Shown here piece after piece: positions 49,905-60,271 of a stretch of DNA of 63,704 nt. The translations under genes were made by a program, and so were the position numbers. Each line of letters opens with the position of its first letter. Position 1 is the first letter of the stretch. The notes below the pieces were generated by a model. The model saw only the letters and a program-made list of their open reading frames with translations. It made no database searches and was not told the DNA's origin. Origin of the DNA: Promethearchaeota archaeon (GTDB lineage Archaea > Asgardarchaeota > Lokiarchaeia > Sigyniarchaeales > SOKP01); NCBI GenBank assembly GCA_011364975.1, contig RDOE01000007.1:1-63704 (forward strand), written 5' to 3'.

Positions 49905-50897
49905 ATGTCATCTCTTGTTCAAGATATTCGTGATAAAATGAGATCTATCCTCAAGATTGAAGAAGATAAGACAGATTTGGAAAATCTAGCAGTTTTATCC
50001 AGAGTTGGAATGAAAGTTGCATCCGCAATTTCATCTGAGTTAGATGCGGATGCTACATCCGCTTCAAGTACTGCTTTAATTGATTTAGGATTAAGATTAA
50101 GCGAAGCGACAGCACATGGGGCCTTAACTGAAATAATTCTTCATAATACTTCCGGATATAGTATACTTTTAGCGATAAATGATGAGTATATAGTTTTTGG
50201 GGGCCTTAAAAATGTATATAGAATAGGGTATTATTTAGGTTATTTAAGAAATTTAGCAAGAAAGCTAAATCGATTAATCTCTGGAGATCAATTAACCGAG
50301 ATGACTTTATCTTTAGAAGAATCTGAAAAAGCGAAATTACAGATTGAAGATAGTGAAGGATTAACTAGTATAAAATTACCAAGTACTGAACAGGATAAGG
50401 CTGCTTTAGATGATTTATTAGGATTTTTGGATAACTGGGAAAAGGAAGGAGCAGATACTGAGGAATTAGAAGCAAAAGCGGAAAATAACATTGTATCAAT
50501 TCCAAAATCAATGGGGATTGAATATGAAAAAGTTATGGAACATACCATGCATCAAGATGAGAAAGTATCACCAGCACCTCCTGCAGTTCAAGATACTGGT
50601 TCACAATTCAGAGTATACGATGATGAAATTCCCCCCATTCCCCTTGAAGATTATACTCCTATGGAAATAGAGGAAGATGAAACTGTTCAAGAACCCCAAA
50701 TTGTTCAAGAACCCCAACTTATACAAGAACAAGTTACAAGTACAAATTTACCTTCATTAGAAGAATTACCCCCCCCAGATTTTAATACAGACTTTATAGA
50801 AGAAGCTACAGAATACGATACTCAATTTGTTTTAGACAAAGAGTCGCAAACTTTTGAGAGTGTATTAAAAGATCTAGGATGGGATGAAGAAGATTAA
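49905..50897 (+). CDS. Roadblock/LC7-domain protein with long acidic disordered tail
   Basis: AVLSRVGMKVAS...SASSTAL...GALTEIILHNTSGYSIL roadblock pattern; E/D/P-rich C-terminus. Confidence 0.78.
   Translation: MSSLVQDIRDKMRSILKIEEDKTDLENLAVLSRVGMKVASAISSELDADATSASSTALIDLGLRLSEATAHGALTEIILHNTSGYSILLAINDEYIVFGGLKNVYRIGYYLGYLRNLARKLNRLISGDQLTEMTLSLEESEKAKLQIEDSEGLTSIKLPSTEQDKAALDDLLGFLDNWEKEGADTEELEAKAENNIVSIPKSMGIEYEKVMEHTMHQDEKVSPAPPAVQDTGSQFRVYDDEIPPIPLEDYTPMEIEEDETVQEPQIVQEPQLIQEQVTSTNLPSLEELPPPDFNTDFIEEATEYDTQFVLDKESQTFESVLKDLGWDEED
50685..50730 (+). repeat. In-frame 18-bp tandem repeat, about 2.5 copies (VQEPQI/VQEPQL/IQE)
   Basis: GTTCAAGAACCCCAAATT GTTCAAGAACCCCAACTT ATACAAGAAC. Confidence 0.8.
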
Positions 50898-51060
50898 TTA
50901 AATATCTTTAAAGTTAATAATATCATCCGTATGATTTACTCTATAGTTTTATTTATACTCTTTATATAATAATTAAGGAGAAAAATAGCAAATATTAAAT
51001 AATCTTCTCTCTAATCATTATTTAATTTTTATTTAAAAAAAATTATTAATGTGAACTGAT

Positions 51061-52404
51061 ATGAATCAAACAGAAGAAATTCAGCGAAATAGAACCACAA
51101 CTTTAAGAAAATTAAATTTTAGTCTACCACGACTCCCAAGCGCTATTGTTCTTGGAATAGAAGGATTTGTTTTATTTGCATTATATTATCTTGGATATGG
51201 AGTACCCTCAATTCTCGTTGGATTTGCTCAATCTATGGGATTTCTTTCAATTGCAGCAGGCCAATTCTTACTTGGTTGGATAAGTGACGCAAAATATACA
51301 AAATGGGGCCGGAGAAAGCCATGGGTTATTATATTTTCTCCTTTACTTGGTATTTCATTCATATTCCTTATGTTACCTGGTTTAGTATTGCCTGATCTCT
51401 CGAATAAGACCCTTCTCTTTTATTGGTTATTGATCTGGGATATTGTATTTAGATTTTCTTATTCTTTAACTACAGTTTATCAAGCATGGATGGCGGAACA
51501 GTTTCCAGTACAAGAACGACCCGCTGTTTCACAAATGCAGAATACAATGAATTACATTGGAAATGCAATTATGCTTATTTTTGGCTTGCTAATTTTTACA
51601 CCTGCATTTACTGTGATTAGTTCATATATTCCAAGCTCAGTTTTATACCCTATCTTAATATTTGGAATATTTGTTATAATTATATATATTTTAATCGTAT
51701 TTACTATGCCTACCGAACCGAATTTTAAAATGGATTCAAGTATTTTTAAAAACTTGATAACCATTGTAAAGAATAAAAATTATATGAGCATAGTATTAAT
51801 GCAGGGAATCGCAAGTTTTGCATGGTCAATAATTACTACTGTGATGTTAACTTTCATAGAATCTGTTTTAGGACTTAGTGGACTCAGTTATTATATTGTA
51901 GCAGTATGTTTAGTAATTGGATTTATTATTACGTTATATGTATGGCGAAAAAATATCCAAAGGATGGGAAAAAAGAGGGCTTTATTATTGTTATTTCTAT
52001 TTGCAATAATTCTTCTTCCAACTTCATTGATTGGATTAATACCAATTGCCACGAATATTATTTTTGGAATTATCTTTATTCTGATAATAGCTGCGTCATT
52101 AGCGGGATGGTCGCTTTTCCCTTATATATACTATGCTGATTTAGCTGAAGATGATGAAAAAAGAACGGGTGAATTGAAAGCAGGAATATATACTGGTTTC
52201 CCTAGTATACTTCTTAATATATTTCAAGCTTTTGGTCCTTTAATTATTGGAGCTATATTAATGCTTCCAGATATTACAGTCGGAACCTTGACATATTCTT
52301 TTGGTTTGGTTTTATGGGGCCCAATTTGCTCTTTAATACTTATTGCTACCTACTTTTATACGAAAAGATATGTTACCTTGGATTTTGAGTGGGAAGCAAA
52401 ATAA
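51061..52404 (+). CDS. MFS transporter, glycoside-pentoside-hexuronide (MelB-like) family
   Basis: GWISD...TKWGRRKPW; ADLAEDDEKRTG...AGIY. Confidence 0.85.
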   Translation: MNQTEEIQRNRTTTLRKLNFSLPRLPSAIVLGIEGFVLFALYYLGYGVPSILVGFAQSMGFLSIAAGQFLLGWISDAKYTKWGRRKPWVIIFSPLLGISFIFLMLPGLVLPDLSNKTLLFYWLLIWDIVFRFSYSLTTVYQAWMAEQFPVQERPAVSQMQNTMNYIGNAIMLIFGLLIFTPAFTVISSYIPSSVLYPILIFGIFVIIIYILIVFTMPTEPNFKMDSSIFKNLITIVKNKNYMSIVLMQGIASFAWSIITTVMLTFIESVLGLSGLSYYIVAVCLVIGFIITLYVWRKNIQRMGKKRALLLLFLFAIILLPTSLIGLIPIATNIIFGIIFILIIAASLAGWSLFPYIYYADLAEDDEKRTGELKAGIYTGFPSILLNIFQAFGPLIIGAILMLPDITVGTLTYSFGLVLWGPICSLILIATYFYTKRYVTLDFEWEAK

Positions 52405-52461
52405 TTAATTTTTTTTTCTTATTTTCTCCTTTTTTCATTTTACAAAATCTAATAATGTAAT

Positions 52462-52695
52462 TTAATATCGCCTATCCTTTACTAATACTTTTACATGTAA
52501 AGCTTCTGGACCTTTTTTTGAATCTGAATCATTTAAGGTAAATTCTACTTCATCCCCTGCATCTAATTTCTTAAAGCCTTCCATATCAATACTAGAAAAA
52601 TGAACAAATACATCTTGTTCTCCATCGGTTGTAATAAAACCAAAACCCTTTTTATTGTCGAACCACTTAACGATTCCTTTTTTCAATTCTGGCAT
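52462..52695 (-). CDS. Cold-shock protein (CspA family)
   Basis: GIVKWF, RNP1 KGFGFI, RNP2 VFVHFS, GP.A..V. Confidence 0.93.
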   Translation of the reverse strand: MPELKKGIVKWFDNKKGFGFITTDGEQDVFVHFSSIDMEGFKKLDAGDEVEFTLNDSDSKKGPEALHVKVLVKDRRY

Positions 52696-52880
52696 AAAAT
52701 AAATCCCAATTATCTTCTCTTTTTATTACTTTATTTAATTTATAAATAATAATCTTAATTTTCGTTTTAAAAACGAAATTTAAGAAAATAAGTAAAATTT
52801 ACTTTTAAAAGTTTTTTAATACCCTTTTTGCAAGACCTTAAAGACCAATAAAAACAAAAGGAATCATCAATTATGTACAT

Positions 52881-54245
52881 TTGAATATGACAATTTTTGA
52901 AAAAGTCTTGGAGATTTACCAAAAATATTACATTTGTACTCACTGTTTAGGAAGAATGTTTTCACTGTTAGCAACTGAAACAACTAATTATGATCGAGGT
53001 AGTTCAATATTACTAACAATTACCATGGAAAATCACAGAAAATACTTATCATCTAATAACAATGATGATAAAGATGCCATATTAATATTAAAATTAATAG
53101 CAGAAAACGCGAATTTCTCTCCTGCTAAACAAGTATTAGTTAATGAAGGAATTGACTTCAGAGTTAATAACACAACCCAAAAATGTTTTCTATGCGAGAA
53201 TATTTTTTCAAATCTTGAGCCGTACATTTTTGCTGCTAAGAATAAGGTCAATGGGATAGAATTTAATAACTTTTTAGTAGGATCCTCAATAAAGTCAGAA
53301 ATTATTAATAAAGAAGATTCATTTAAAGCTGAATTCAACTTACTAGACGCTGAATCATTTAAAACTCACTTTAATCGTGAAGTTGGTAAGCAATTATCAC
53401 TGATCATAAATAAACCCACTGAATTTGGGAATCCTGAAATGACAATTATATTTCATCTCAATTATAATTCTTTTCAGATTGATTTACTGATTAAATCATT
53501 ATTCATCTCGGGAAGATATAACAAATTTATAAGAGGAATACCTCAAACTCACTGGGAATGTCGAACATGCAGAGGGAAAGGATGTAAAGCCTGCGATGGA
53601 ACGGGAAAGCAATATATCAACAGCGTGGAAGAATTAGTTAATCCAGAATTTCTTATTACCTCAAATTCCACTGATTCAAAATTTCATGGAGCTGGAAGGG
53701 AGGATATTGATGTGAAAATGCTTGGAACAGGAAGACCTTTTATATTAGAGCTAAAGAATCCGAAGATTCGATCGATAAATCTTAATAAAATACAGAAACG
53801 AGTTAATCATAAAAATAAAAAAAAAATCAGAATAAGTAATTTACAATTTAGTAATAAAGATCAAGTAAAGATGTTAAAAGCTAATGCTGAAAGTACTAGG
53901 AAGACTTATAGGGCATTAGTGAGGTCGACCCAAAAATTAGATAAAAATAATTTTATAACTCTTTTAAATCAATTAAAAATAAGACTTGAAAATCAGAATA
54001 TTGACCAAAGAACTCCAATAAGAGTTTCTCATCGTCGAGTAGACAAATATAGACAAAAAAAAATCTTTGAAATTCAAGGTTTTTTTAAAAAACCGGATTT
54101 ATATGAATTTATTGTAGATACTCAAGGAGGTACTTATATTAAGGAACTCATTAATGGGGATAATGGAAGAACCAAACCCTCTTTTACAGATATCTTTGGC
54201 ATTAATCTTCAATGTGAAGAACTGGATGTTCTTAAAATCCATTGA
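52881..54245 (+). CDS. pus10: tRNA pseudouridine(54/55) synthase Pus10
   Basis: CTHCLGR, GRYNKFIRGIPQT, FHGAGREDIDV, QRTPIRV, GGTYIKELI. Confidence 0.95.
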   Translation: MNMTIFEKVLEIYQKYYICTHCLGRMFSLLATETTNYDRGSSILLTITMENHRKYLSSNNNDDKDAILILKLIAENANFSPAKQVLVNEGIDFRVNNTTQKCFLCENIFSNLEPYIFAAKNKVNGIEFNNFLVGSSIKSEIINKEDSFKAEFNLLDAESFKTHFNREVGKQLSLIINKPTEFGNPEMTIIFHLNYNSFQIDLLIKSLFISGRYNKFIRGIPQTHWECRTCRGKGCKACDGTGKQYINSVEELVNPEFLITSNSTDSKFHGAGREDIDVKMLGTGRPFILELKNPKIRSINLNKIQKRVNHKNKKKIRISNLQFSNKDQVKMLKANAESTRKTYRALVRSTQKLDKNNFITLLNQLKIRLENQNIDQRTPIRVSHRRVDKYRQKKIFEIQGFFKKPDLYEFIVDTQGGTYIKELINGDNGRTKPSFTDIFGINLQCEELDVLKIH

Positions 54246-54347
54246 ATCTTACTTCATTGACTAAAATCATAAAATAAATAAATTATAAAATATACAAATT
54301 CATACTTGAATCAATTTTAAATTTCAAAAAAATAAAGTGAAAAACTA

Positions 54348-54656
54348 TTGACAATTCATAAAGGATATAGAAATAAAACCAGAAAAAGACATCGAAAGAA
54401 CGTAAGAGATAAAGGTCTGGGCTCTGTAGATAAATATCTAATTGAATATAATGTTGGAGATAAAGTAGATATCATATCAGATTCGAGCAAACATAAAAGA
54501 GGCCTTCCTCATCGCAGATATCATGGAAGGACTGGGACTATTATTGGAGAGCGAGGACGATGTTATGAAATTGAAGTTAAACTAGGGAATTCTAAAAAAT
54601 TTCTTATAGTCGGAAAGGAACATATTAGAATAAATCAAGGGTCTATAAATAATTAA
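54348..54656 (+). CDS. rpl21e: 50S ribosomal protein L21e
   Basis: GYRNKTR, GDKVDI, PHRRYHGRTG, EHI. Confidence 0.95.
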   Translation: MTIHKGYRNKTRKRHRKNVRDKGLGSVDKYLIEYNVGDKVDIISDSSKHKRGLPHRRYHGRTGTIIGERGRCYEIEVKLGNSKKFLIVGKEHIRINQGSINN

Positions 54657-54681
54657 AAGCTTATTCTAAAAAGGGAAATAT

Positions 54682-55044
54682 ATGTCTGGAAGAAAAGTAG
54701 AGGAAAAAACAGTTTCAATTCCTGAAGTAAAAAAAATCATGGAAGAAGTTAAAAAAAAAATAGAGGAAATCGATTCTGAAGAGGGATTGTCCCATTTTCA
54801 AGAAATTACCTATAATTATGTCAACAAATTCGCTAAAATGAGCGAAAAAGATGCACAAAAAATAACTAAATTCTTAAAAGAAAAATATGAAATTGAAGAA
54901 ATTTATGCAATAAATATTGCTAATATTGATCCTAAATCTGTGTTAGAATTAAGGATGATTCTAGAAAAAAGTGTGGTTGGAAAATCATTCACTGATGATC
55001 AACTCCAAGAAGTTCTTTATCAAATAGAAGAGTTAAAATCTTAA
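54682..55044 (+). CDS. rpoF: DNA-directed RNA polymerase subunit F (Rpo4)
   Basis: VSIPEVK, YVNKFAK, IANIDP...ELRMIL; conserved position after rpl21e. Confidence 0.88.
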   Translation: MSGRKVEEKTVSIPEVKKIMEEVKKKIEEIDSEEGLSHFQEITYNYVNKFAKMSEKDAQKITKFLKEKYEIEEIYAINIANIDPKSVLELRMILEKSVVGKSFTDDQLQEVLYQIEELKS

Positions 55045-55203
55045 ACTTTCTATTTTAATTATAGGATGCCTAAAAATATTCGCTAATCAACGAAGAATTT
55101 ATAAATTCTAATTGGTTTAAATTTTAATGAGCATGCCTTATTAATAAAGGAATATTAAAAATTAAAAAAATTATGCATATCGGGAAAATAACTAATAAGA
55201 AAA

Positions 55204-55863
55204 TTGGTCGATATGGAAAGACGTCGGGAAGGATACAGAAGAACTCCTCAGCGCCCAAGATATCCAAGAGGAGAACCAAAACAAAAGAAACAATTTATAA
55301 AGAAGTTTCGAGAATTAGTTATTTTAGATTTACTTCCCCATGGCCATCCTGAAGATGATAAACCTAGCTGGTCGAGAGCACCAGTTGCTCAAGTATTAAC
55401 TTTTCCGGATTATGTGCTCTATGAAGTGAAATATAATAGAGATTCTGATCTTAAAGTTCAAGAAAAAAATGTTTATGAAGAATTTCTACAACAAAATAAG
55501 TTAAAAGAAGTTATAGACAAGATAGATTATAATAATTTAACTAATACATCAAAAGCCTTAATACAACCATTATTGGAAACTGAAATCTTAAATTATGAAG
55601 AGGATTTCATAAACTTCTTTAACAATTCTACCTCAATAACTCCTAGGATGCATGCTCTTAAGTTATTGCCTGGCATAGGGCAAAAACATATGTGGGAAAT
55701 ATTAGAAGCTAGAAATAGACAAAAATTTACAAATTTTCAGGATATTTCAGATAGAACAAGTATTGCTCATCCAGTAAGACTAATTGCCCAAAGAATTATA
55801 AAGGAATTACAGCGTGAAGGTGTTAAATATTACTTATTTTCTAAGACTCAAAAATATGAATGA
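55204..55863 (+). CDS. DUF655 family putative RNA-binding protein
   Basis: ILDLLPHG, FINFFN, ITPRMHALKLLPGIG, F.DI..R; conserved synteny. Confidence 0.88.
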   Translation: MVDMERRREGYRRTPQRPRYPRGEPKQKKQFIKKFRELVILDLLPHGHPEDDKPSWSRAPVAQVLTFPDYVLYEVKYNRDSDLKVQEKNVYEEFLQQNKLKEVIDKIDYNNLTNTSKALIQPLLETEILNYEEDFINFFNNSTSITPRMHALKLLPGIGQKHMWEILEARNRQKFTNFQDISDRTSIAHPVRLIAQRIIKELQREGVKYYLFSKTQKYE

Positions 55864-56723
55864 AAGATATGAATAAAAAGGATACTCTTCTTCTTCTTAA
55901 TAATTTAATGTTAAAACCCAGTAAAAAGTTAGGACAAAACTTTTTAATAGATGAGAATATTTGTAAAAAGATCTTAAATGAAGCTAACCTCTCCGTTTCG
56001 GATTCTGTACTTGAAATAGGACCCGGACTTGGCGCTCTATTAAAAGAAATACTTAAATCTGCTAAAAAAGTTTATGCATATGAGGTTGACTCTATTTTAT
56101 TTAACTATTTAAAAAAAGAGTTTTCTACAAATGAAAACTTATTTCTTTACAACGAGGATTTTTTAGGTATAGAACCCCCAAAAGTAGATAAAATCGTTTC
56201 TAATATACCATATACGATAACAGGACCTTTATTCGAAAAAGTTTTTTATGTTAATGATCCACCTGAAGGAATTCTTACAATTGAAAAATCTATTGCTGAC
56301 CGAATTTTTTATCCAAAAAAATATAAAAATCTTTCAAGAATTTCGATTACATTTAATGCATTCATGGAACCTATTTCTCATTATGACATCCCCTCCTCAG
56401 CTTTTTATCCAGAACCCAAAATTAAATTATCCTTAATTCATGTCAAATCAAGAAAGAATATTGATTCTTTTTTACTAAATCAAGAAACTAAACGATTTTT
56501 TCTCAGACTAATACAAGGAATTATGCCTTATAAGAATAAAGATATTGTTAATGCTCTCACACTTCATTTAAAAAACAATTTAAATTTACAAGCCCCTAAA
56601 CAAAAAATTCTTGAGCTCTTGGAAGAAAACAGCATAATGAATGGAAAATTCGCCCTTTTTAATATTGAATACTTTATTCGTTTAAGTAAAGTTATATGGG
56701 AATATATAAAGGATTTAAAATGA
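55860..56723 (+). CDS. rsmA: 16S rRNA m6,2A dimethyltransferase (KsgA/Dim1)
   Basis: KKLGQNFLID, LEIGPGLG, YEVD, VSNIPYTIT, FYPEP. Confidence 0.93.
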   Translation: MKDMNKKDTLLLLNNLMLKPSKKLGQNFLIDENICKKILNEANLSVSDSVLEIGPGLGALLKEILKSAKKVYAYEVDSILFNYLKKEFSTNENLFLYNEDFLGIEPPKVDKIVSNIPYTITGPLFEKVFYVNDPPEGILTIEKSIADRIFYPKKYKNLSRISITFNAFMEPISHYDIPSSAFYPEPKIKLSLIHVKSRKNIDSFLLNQETKRFFLRLIQGIMPYKNKDIVNALTLHLKNNLNLQAPKQKILELLEENSIMNGKFALFNIEYFIRLSKVIWEYIKDLK

Positions 56724-56733
56724 TGATTAAATA

Positions 56734-57423
56734 ATGGAAATCTTCTCAAGTTTGCCCGATCCATTAATAAAAAATGATTTTCAGACGGTTTATTCACCTT
56801 CTGATGATACTTATTTATTTATCGATTTTTTTAAGCAAAATGTTAATTATAATTATTTTGATGGAATAGAAATAAGTAAAATTAAAAAAATCCTCGATAT
56901 GGGAACAGGTACTGGAATTATTGCAATCTTTCTTCAAAAAATTAGCGATCTTATACCTCATTTTAATCCAGAAATATATGCATCAGATATTTTAGAGGAT
57001 GCGATTGAATGTGCCAAAATTAATGAAAAATTAAATAACATCAAAAATAGAATTCACTTTATTAAATCAGACTTATTTAGTTCATTTCCTTATGAATTAA
57101 AAAACTCTTTTGACATTATCCTCTTCAATCCTCCATATTTACCGTCACTAGAATACAAAGAATCGAAAAGAGCACTATTAAATAAGGATATTACTTGGAA
57201 TGGAGGATATAAAGGATTCGAAATTTTCTTAAAATTTATTAAAAATTTTAAAAATTACATTAATTTAAACCCACCTTCCTGTGTTTATTATACCAGCTCA
57301 AGTTATACGGATTTAGTTGAATTAAATAATAAGCTCAAAGAACAAAGTCTTTCAAGTAAAGTTATAGCTAAAAAACATATCTTTTTTGAAGATATATTTC
57401 TTAATAGGCTGCAATTAATATAA
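56734..57423 (+). CDS. HemK2/N6AMT1-like release-factor glutamine methyltransferase
   Basis: VYSPSDDT, LDMGTGTG, SDLF, FNPPYLP, WNGG. Confidence 0.88.
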   Translation: MEIFSSLPDPLIKNDFQTVYSPSDDTYLFIDFFKQNVNYNYFDGIEISKIKKILDMGTGTGIIAIFLQKISDLIPHFNPEIYASDILEDAIECAKINEKLNNIKNRIHFIKSDLFSSFPYELKNSFDIILFNPPYLPSLEYKESKRALLNKDITWNGGYKGFEIFLKFIKNFKNYINLNPPSCVYYTSSSYTDLVELNNKLKEQSLSSKVIAKKHIFFEDIFLNRLQLI

Positions 57424-57425
57424 CC

Positions 57426-58709
57426 TTAAAAGGGCCTACGTGTTCTTCGTTTTTCAATCAATGGAATACCATAACTCTTTAGAGTTCTTAACAAATTATT
57501 AAATAATAAATTTATTTCGGGAGTTTTAAATACCGCCCGTCTATGGGCTTCTATTTGCGGAATAGGTAGACCATAAAATTCATTATAGCTGGATATAGAT
57601 AATAAAATTGAGGATATTAAATCTGCCCTTCTTGCGGCGTCTTCATTCGAGGCACTTTCATCCATAAAGAATTCAAATCGACATGGAGTATCGTGCTGGA
57701 CAGTTTTAAGATAAAAAGCATAAAAGTTGAAGGGAAAATAATATGGAATTTCTTTTTTAATGCCTGTATCTCTAATTTTATCTATTTCACGTTTACAATT
57801 AAAAATACAGCTTCTCTCGTATTTTGACAAGATTCTATTGAATAAATCTACATCTGAAAAATAGTCTAGTATTTGGCGGTAATTTATTTTTATGAACTCG
57901 TTCAATCTTGCAGCATTTGGTTTTAACATTTGAATTGAACTTTTGAGGAGATGTGTAAGAGCAGAAGTACGAGTATCCTTTATTGAACCAATAAGGATTA
58001 TCTCTCTTTCTTTACAATTTAGGTAAAGTTTTTGATATTCTTTTAGAAGTTTATCATAAGCCTTTGAAATCTCGAAATCTTTAGCAAATAATAAATTAAT
58101 TGGCATTATAACGATAGATCCATCAATAACGATCAAGTCAATATCATCATTTCGTTCTAATAATTTATTTAAGAGATTTATCTCCATAAAAGTCATTTCC
58201 ATAGATATTTTCGAATCAATTGCGGATTCCTCTCTATTAATATAATTTCCCTGGACATAATAATTATTATATCCTGAAATATCCGGATAATAATTAATTT
58301 TAGAAACATTATTTTTCAAAAAATAGTACTTTACAGCAATTGCTTTTAAAAATGAGAAGTCTACATTCATAAACTTTTTTATAACACTACTACCATCAAC
58401 ACTTACTACATTTAAGCCTCTTATATTTGCTGCAGAAACTTCTTTTTTTAAGAAATTCTCTTTAATATTATAGTTTGGATACTTTAAAAACTCCGAAAAG
58501 TCCAGCTGATCCAAATTTTTTAAAACTTTTTTAACAAAATTATCCTTTAATTGTTCTATTTCAAGATATTCATTAGCGATATCTTTAAGATTAATTAAAA
58601 GTATTTGTTCTTTGGTTAGACCGGCATTATTTGGGTCTATAGAATTGATTATTCTCTCATATAATTTAGATTTTGAATTGTTTAACGAATTGTCTCTTAA
58701 AGTCATCAA
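57426..58709 (-). CDS. nurA: NurA-family 5'-3' nuclease
   Basis: VDGS, E...L, IDGSI, GSIKD, GLPIPQIEAH. Confidence 0.82.
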   Translation of the reverse strand: MMTLRDNSLNNSKSKLYERIINSIDPNNAGLTKEQILLINLKDIANEYLEIEQLKDNFVKKVLKNLDQLDFSEFLKYPNYNIKENFLKKEVSAANIRGLNVVSVDGSSVIKKFMNVDFSFLKAIAVKYYFLKNNVSKINYYPDISGYNNYYVQGNYINREESAIDSKISMEMTFMEINLLNKLLERNDDIDLIVIDGSIVIMPINLLFAKDFEISKAYDKLLKEYQKLYLNCKEREIILIGSIKDTRTSALTHLLKSSIQMLKPNAARLNEFIKINYRQILDYFSDVDLFNRILSKYERSCIFNCKREIDKIRDTGIKKEIPYYFPFNFYAFYLKTVQHDTPCRFEFFMDESASNEDAARRADLISSILLSISSYNEFYGLPIPQIEAHRRAVFKTPEINLLFNNLLRTLKSYGIPLIEKRRTRRPF

Positions 58710-58802
58710 GAGAATTAATAATAAAAATCAAAATTAATAATAATGAGATGTTAAATTTAATAATTTATAGTATTCTTAAACTAATTTAAAAATAATAAAT
58801 CT

Positions 58803-59456
58803 ATGACGCTAAATTTAGGAGCTAATCCTTTAATATTAATTCTTTTATCACTTTGTGAAGTTTTTTTTGTTATTATTCCTGCGCTTATAGCTTCAAGAAT
58901 TAGCAAAAAACCATTTTTAGAAGAAATTAAAAACATGGGATTTTCAAACAATTTTAGAGATTTTAAATATCTATTAACTAATATTTTGATAGGATTACTT
59001 ATTGGGGTTAGTTTGTTTCTAATAAGTGGTTTTTTAATGAATTTTATTCTCAATTTCTTAATTATACCAATTTTTGGAGTGGAATTTCTTCAAGAAGGCC
59101 TAAATAATGCTATATCTACTCAACCATATTATCCAACAGTAGCTGAATTTACTATAATTATAATCATTCAAATAATTATCATTGGACCTTGTGAAGAAGC
59201 ATTTTTTCGGGGTTTTCTTATTAACAAATTAAGTCTGAAAATTAAAATAGTGTACTCAATCTTACTCTCTTCATTTTTTTTTGCTTTATACCATACACCA
59301 CCATTTATAGTTCCAATTACCACAATAATAACCTTTTATTTCTATTATTTCATAATTGGACTAGTTTTTGCATTTACCTATATTAAGTTTAATCGCTTAT
59401 TAATGCCTTGTTTTGTTGCCCATTCAATTTTCAATATTTTAGTGCTTTTAATTTAA
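58803..59456 (+). CDS. CPBP family (CAAX/Abi) intramembrane metalloprotease
   Basis: EEAFFRG, FALYH, AHSIFN all intact. Confidence 0.9.
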   Translation: MTLNLGANPLILILLSLCEVFFVIIPALIASRISKKPFLEEIKNMGFSNNFRDFKYLLTNILIGLLIGVSLFLISGFLMNFILNFLIIPIFGVEFLQEGLNNAISTQPYYPTVAEFTIIIIIQIIIIGPCEEAFFRGFLINKLSLKIKIVYSILLSSFFFALYHTPPFIVPITTIITFYFYYFIIGLVFAFTYIKFNRLLMPCFVAHSIFNILVLLI

Positions 59457-59647
59457 TTTCTATCGTGAAAATTAATTACTTAAGAATAAGACTCCAAAAA
59501 AATAAAAAACAATACATTTATAATATTTTACAGAGATAAATATAATTAAATGTTGTAGCCTTTTTATTATTAAGAATCAAATTATATAATCTTAGCTGAA
59601 AATAAATAGAAAATCGAAATATTTATCGTTAAAAAGGGTTTAGGAAA

Positions 59648-60184
59648 GTGACAGATTACGATTATACATGGAAAATTATGATGCTAGGAGATGCAGCAGT
59701 AGGTAAAACCTCATTAACGATAAGATATATTTCTGGCTTTTTTCTCGAAGACCTAAAATTAACTATTGGTGTAGATTTCTATTCTAAAACAACTAATTTT
59801 AAGGGCAAGAAAGTAAAACTCCAGATCTGGGATTTTGGGGGTGAAGAACGCTTTCGCTTTCTCTTACATCAATATTGTAAAGGAGCTAACGCCGCTTTCT
59901 TTTTATATGATATAACCAATCGTCTTACATTAGACCACTTGCCGGATTGGACTCAGATTATTCGAGAACATGCTGGTGACATACCAATTATGTTAGTGGG
60001 ATCAAAATCAGATTTAGAACAATTTAGAACAATTTCTAGGGAAGAAGGAATAATAGCTGTAAAAAAGTATAACTTATCTTCATTTTTAGAACTTTCCTCA
60101 AAAACAGGTCAGAATGTGGAAAGAGCTTTTGATGTTATTACCGAAACTCTTTTTGAGCGATACATGCCTAGACAAAAGGTTTAA
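59648..60184 (+). CDS. Rab-like small GTPase
   Basis: GDAAVGKTS, TIGVDF, KLQIWDFGGEERFR, GSKSD, ELSSKTG. Confidence 0.92.
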   Translation: MTDYDYTWKIMMLGDAAVGKTSLTIRYISGFFLEDLKLTIGVDFYSKTTNFKGKKVKLQIWDFGGEERFRFLLHQYCKGANAAFFLYDITNRLTLDHLPDWTQIIREHAGDIPIMLVGSKSDLEQFRTISREEGIIAVKKYNLSSFLELSSKTGQNVERAFDVITETLFERYMPRQKV

Positions 60185-60271
60185 TATCAAAAAATTTAAT
60201 TTTTAGGTTTGATTTGGATCCATGATTATTTATTGTTTATTTGATTCTGGATATTATTTCTACCAACTTTT

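Noticed and set aside
50685-50730. Tandem repeat as a possible CRISPR or mobile-element remnant
   Set aside because: In-frame 18-bp coding repeat without spacers.
55094-55109. Perfect 16-bp palindrome AGAATTTATAAATTCT upstream of the DUF655 gene
   Set aside because: Almost all A/T and centred on a TATA-like core. Plausible by chance in this composition, and I noticed no second copy.
52881-57423. pus10-rpl21e-rpoF-DUF655-ksgA-hemK2 cluster as a novel system
   Set aside because: Well-known conserved archaeal gene neighbourhood.
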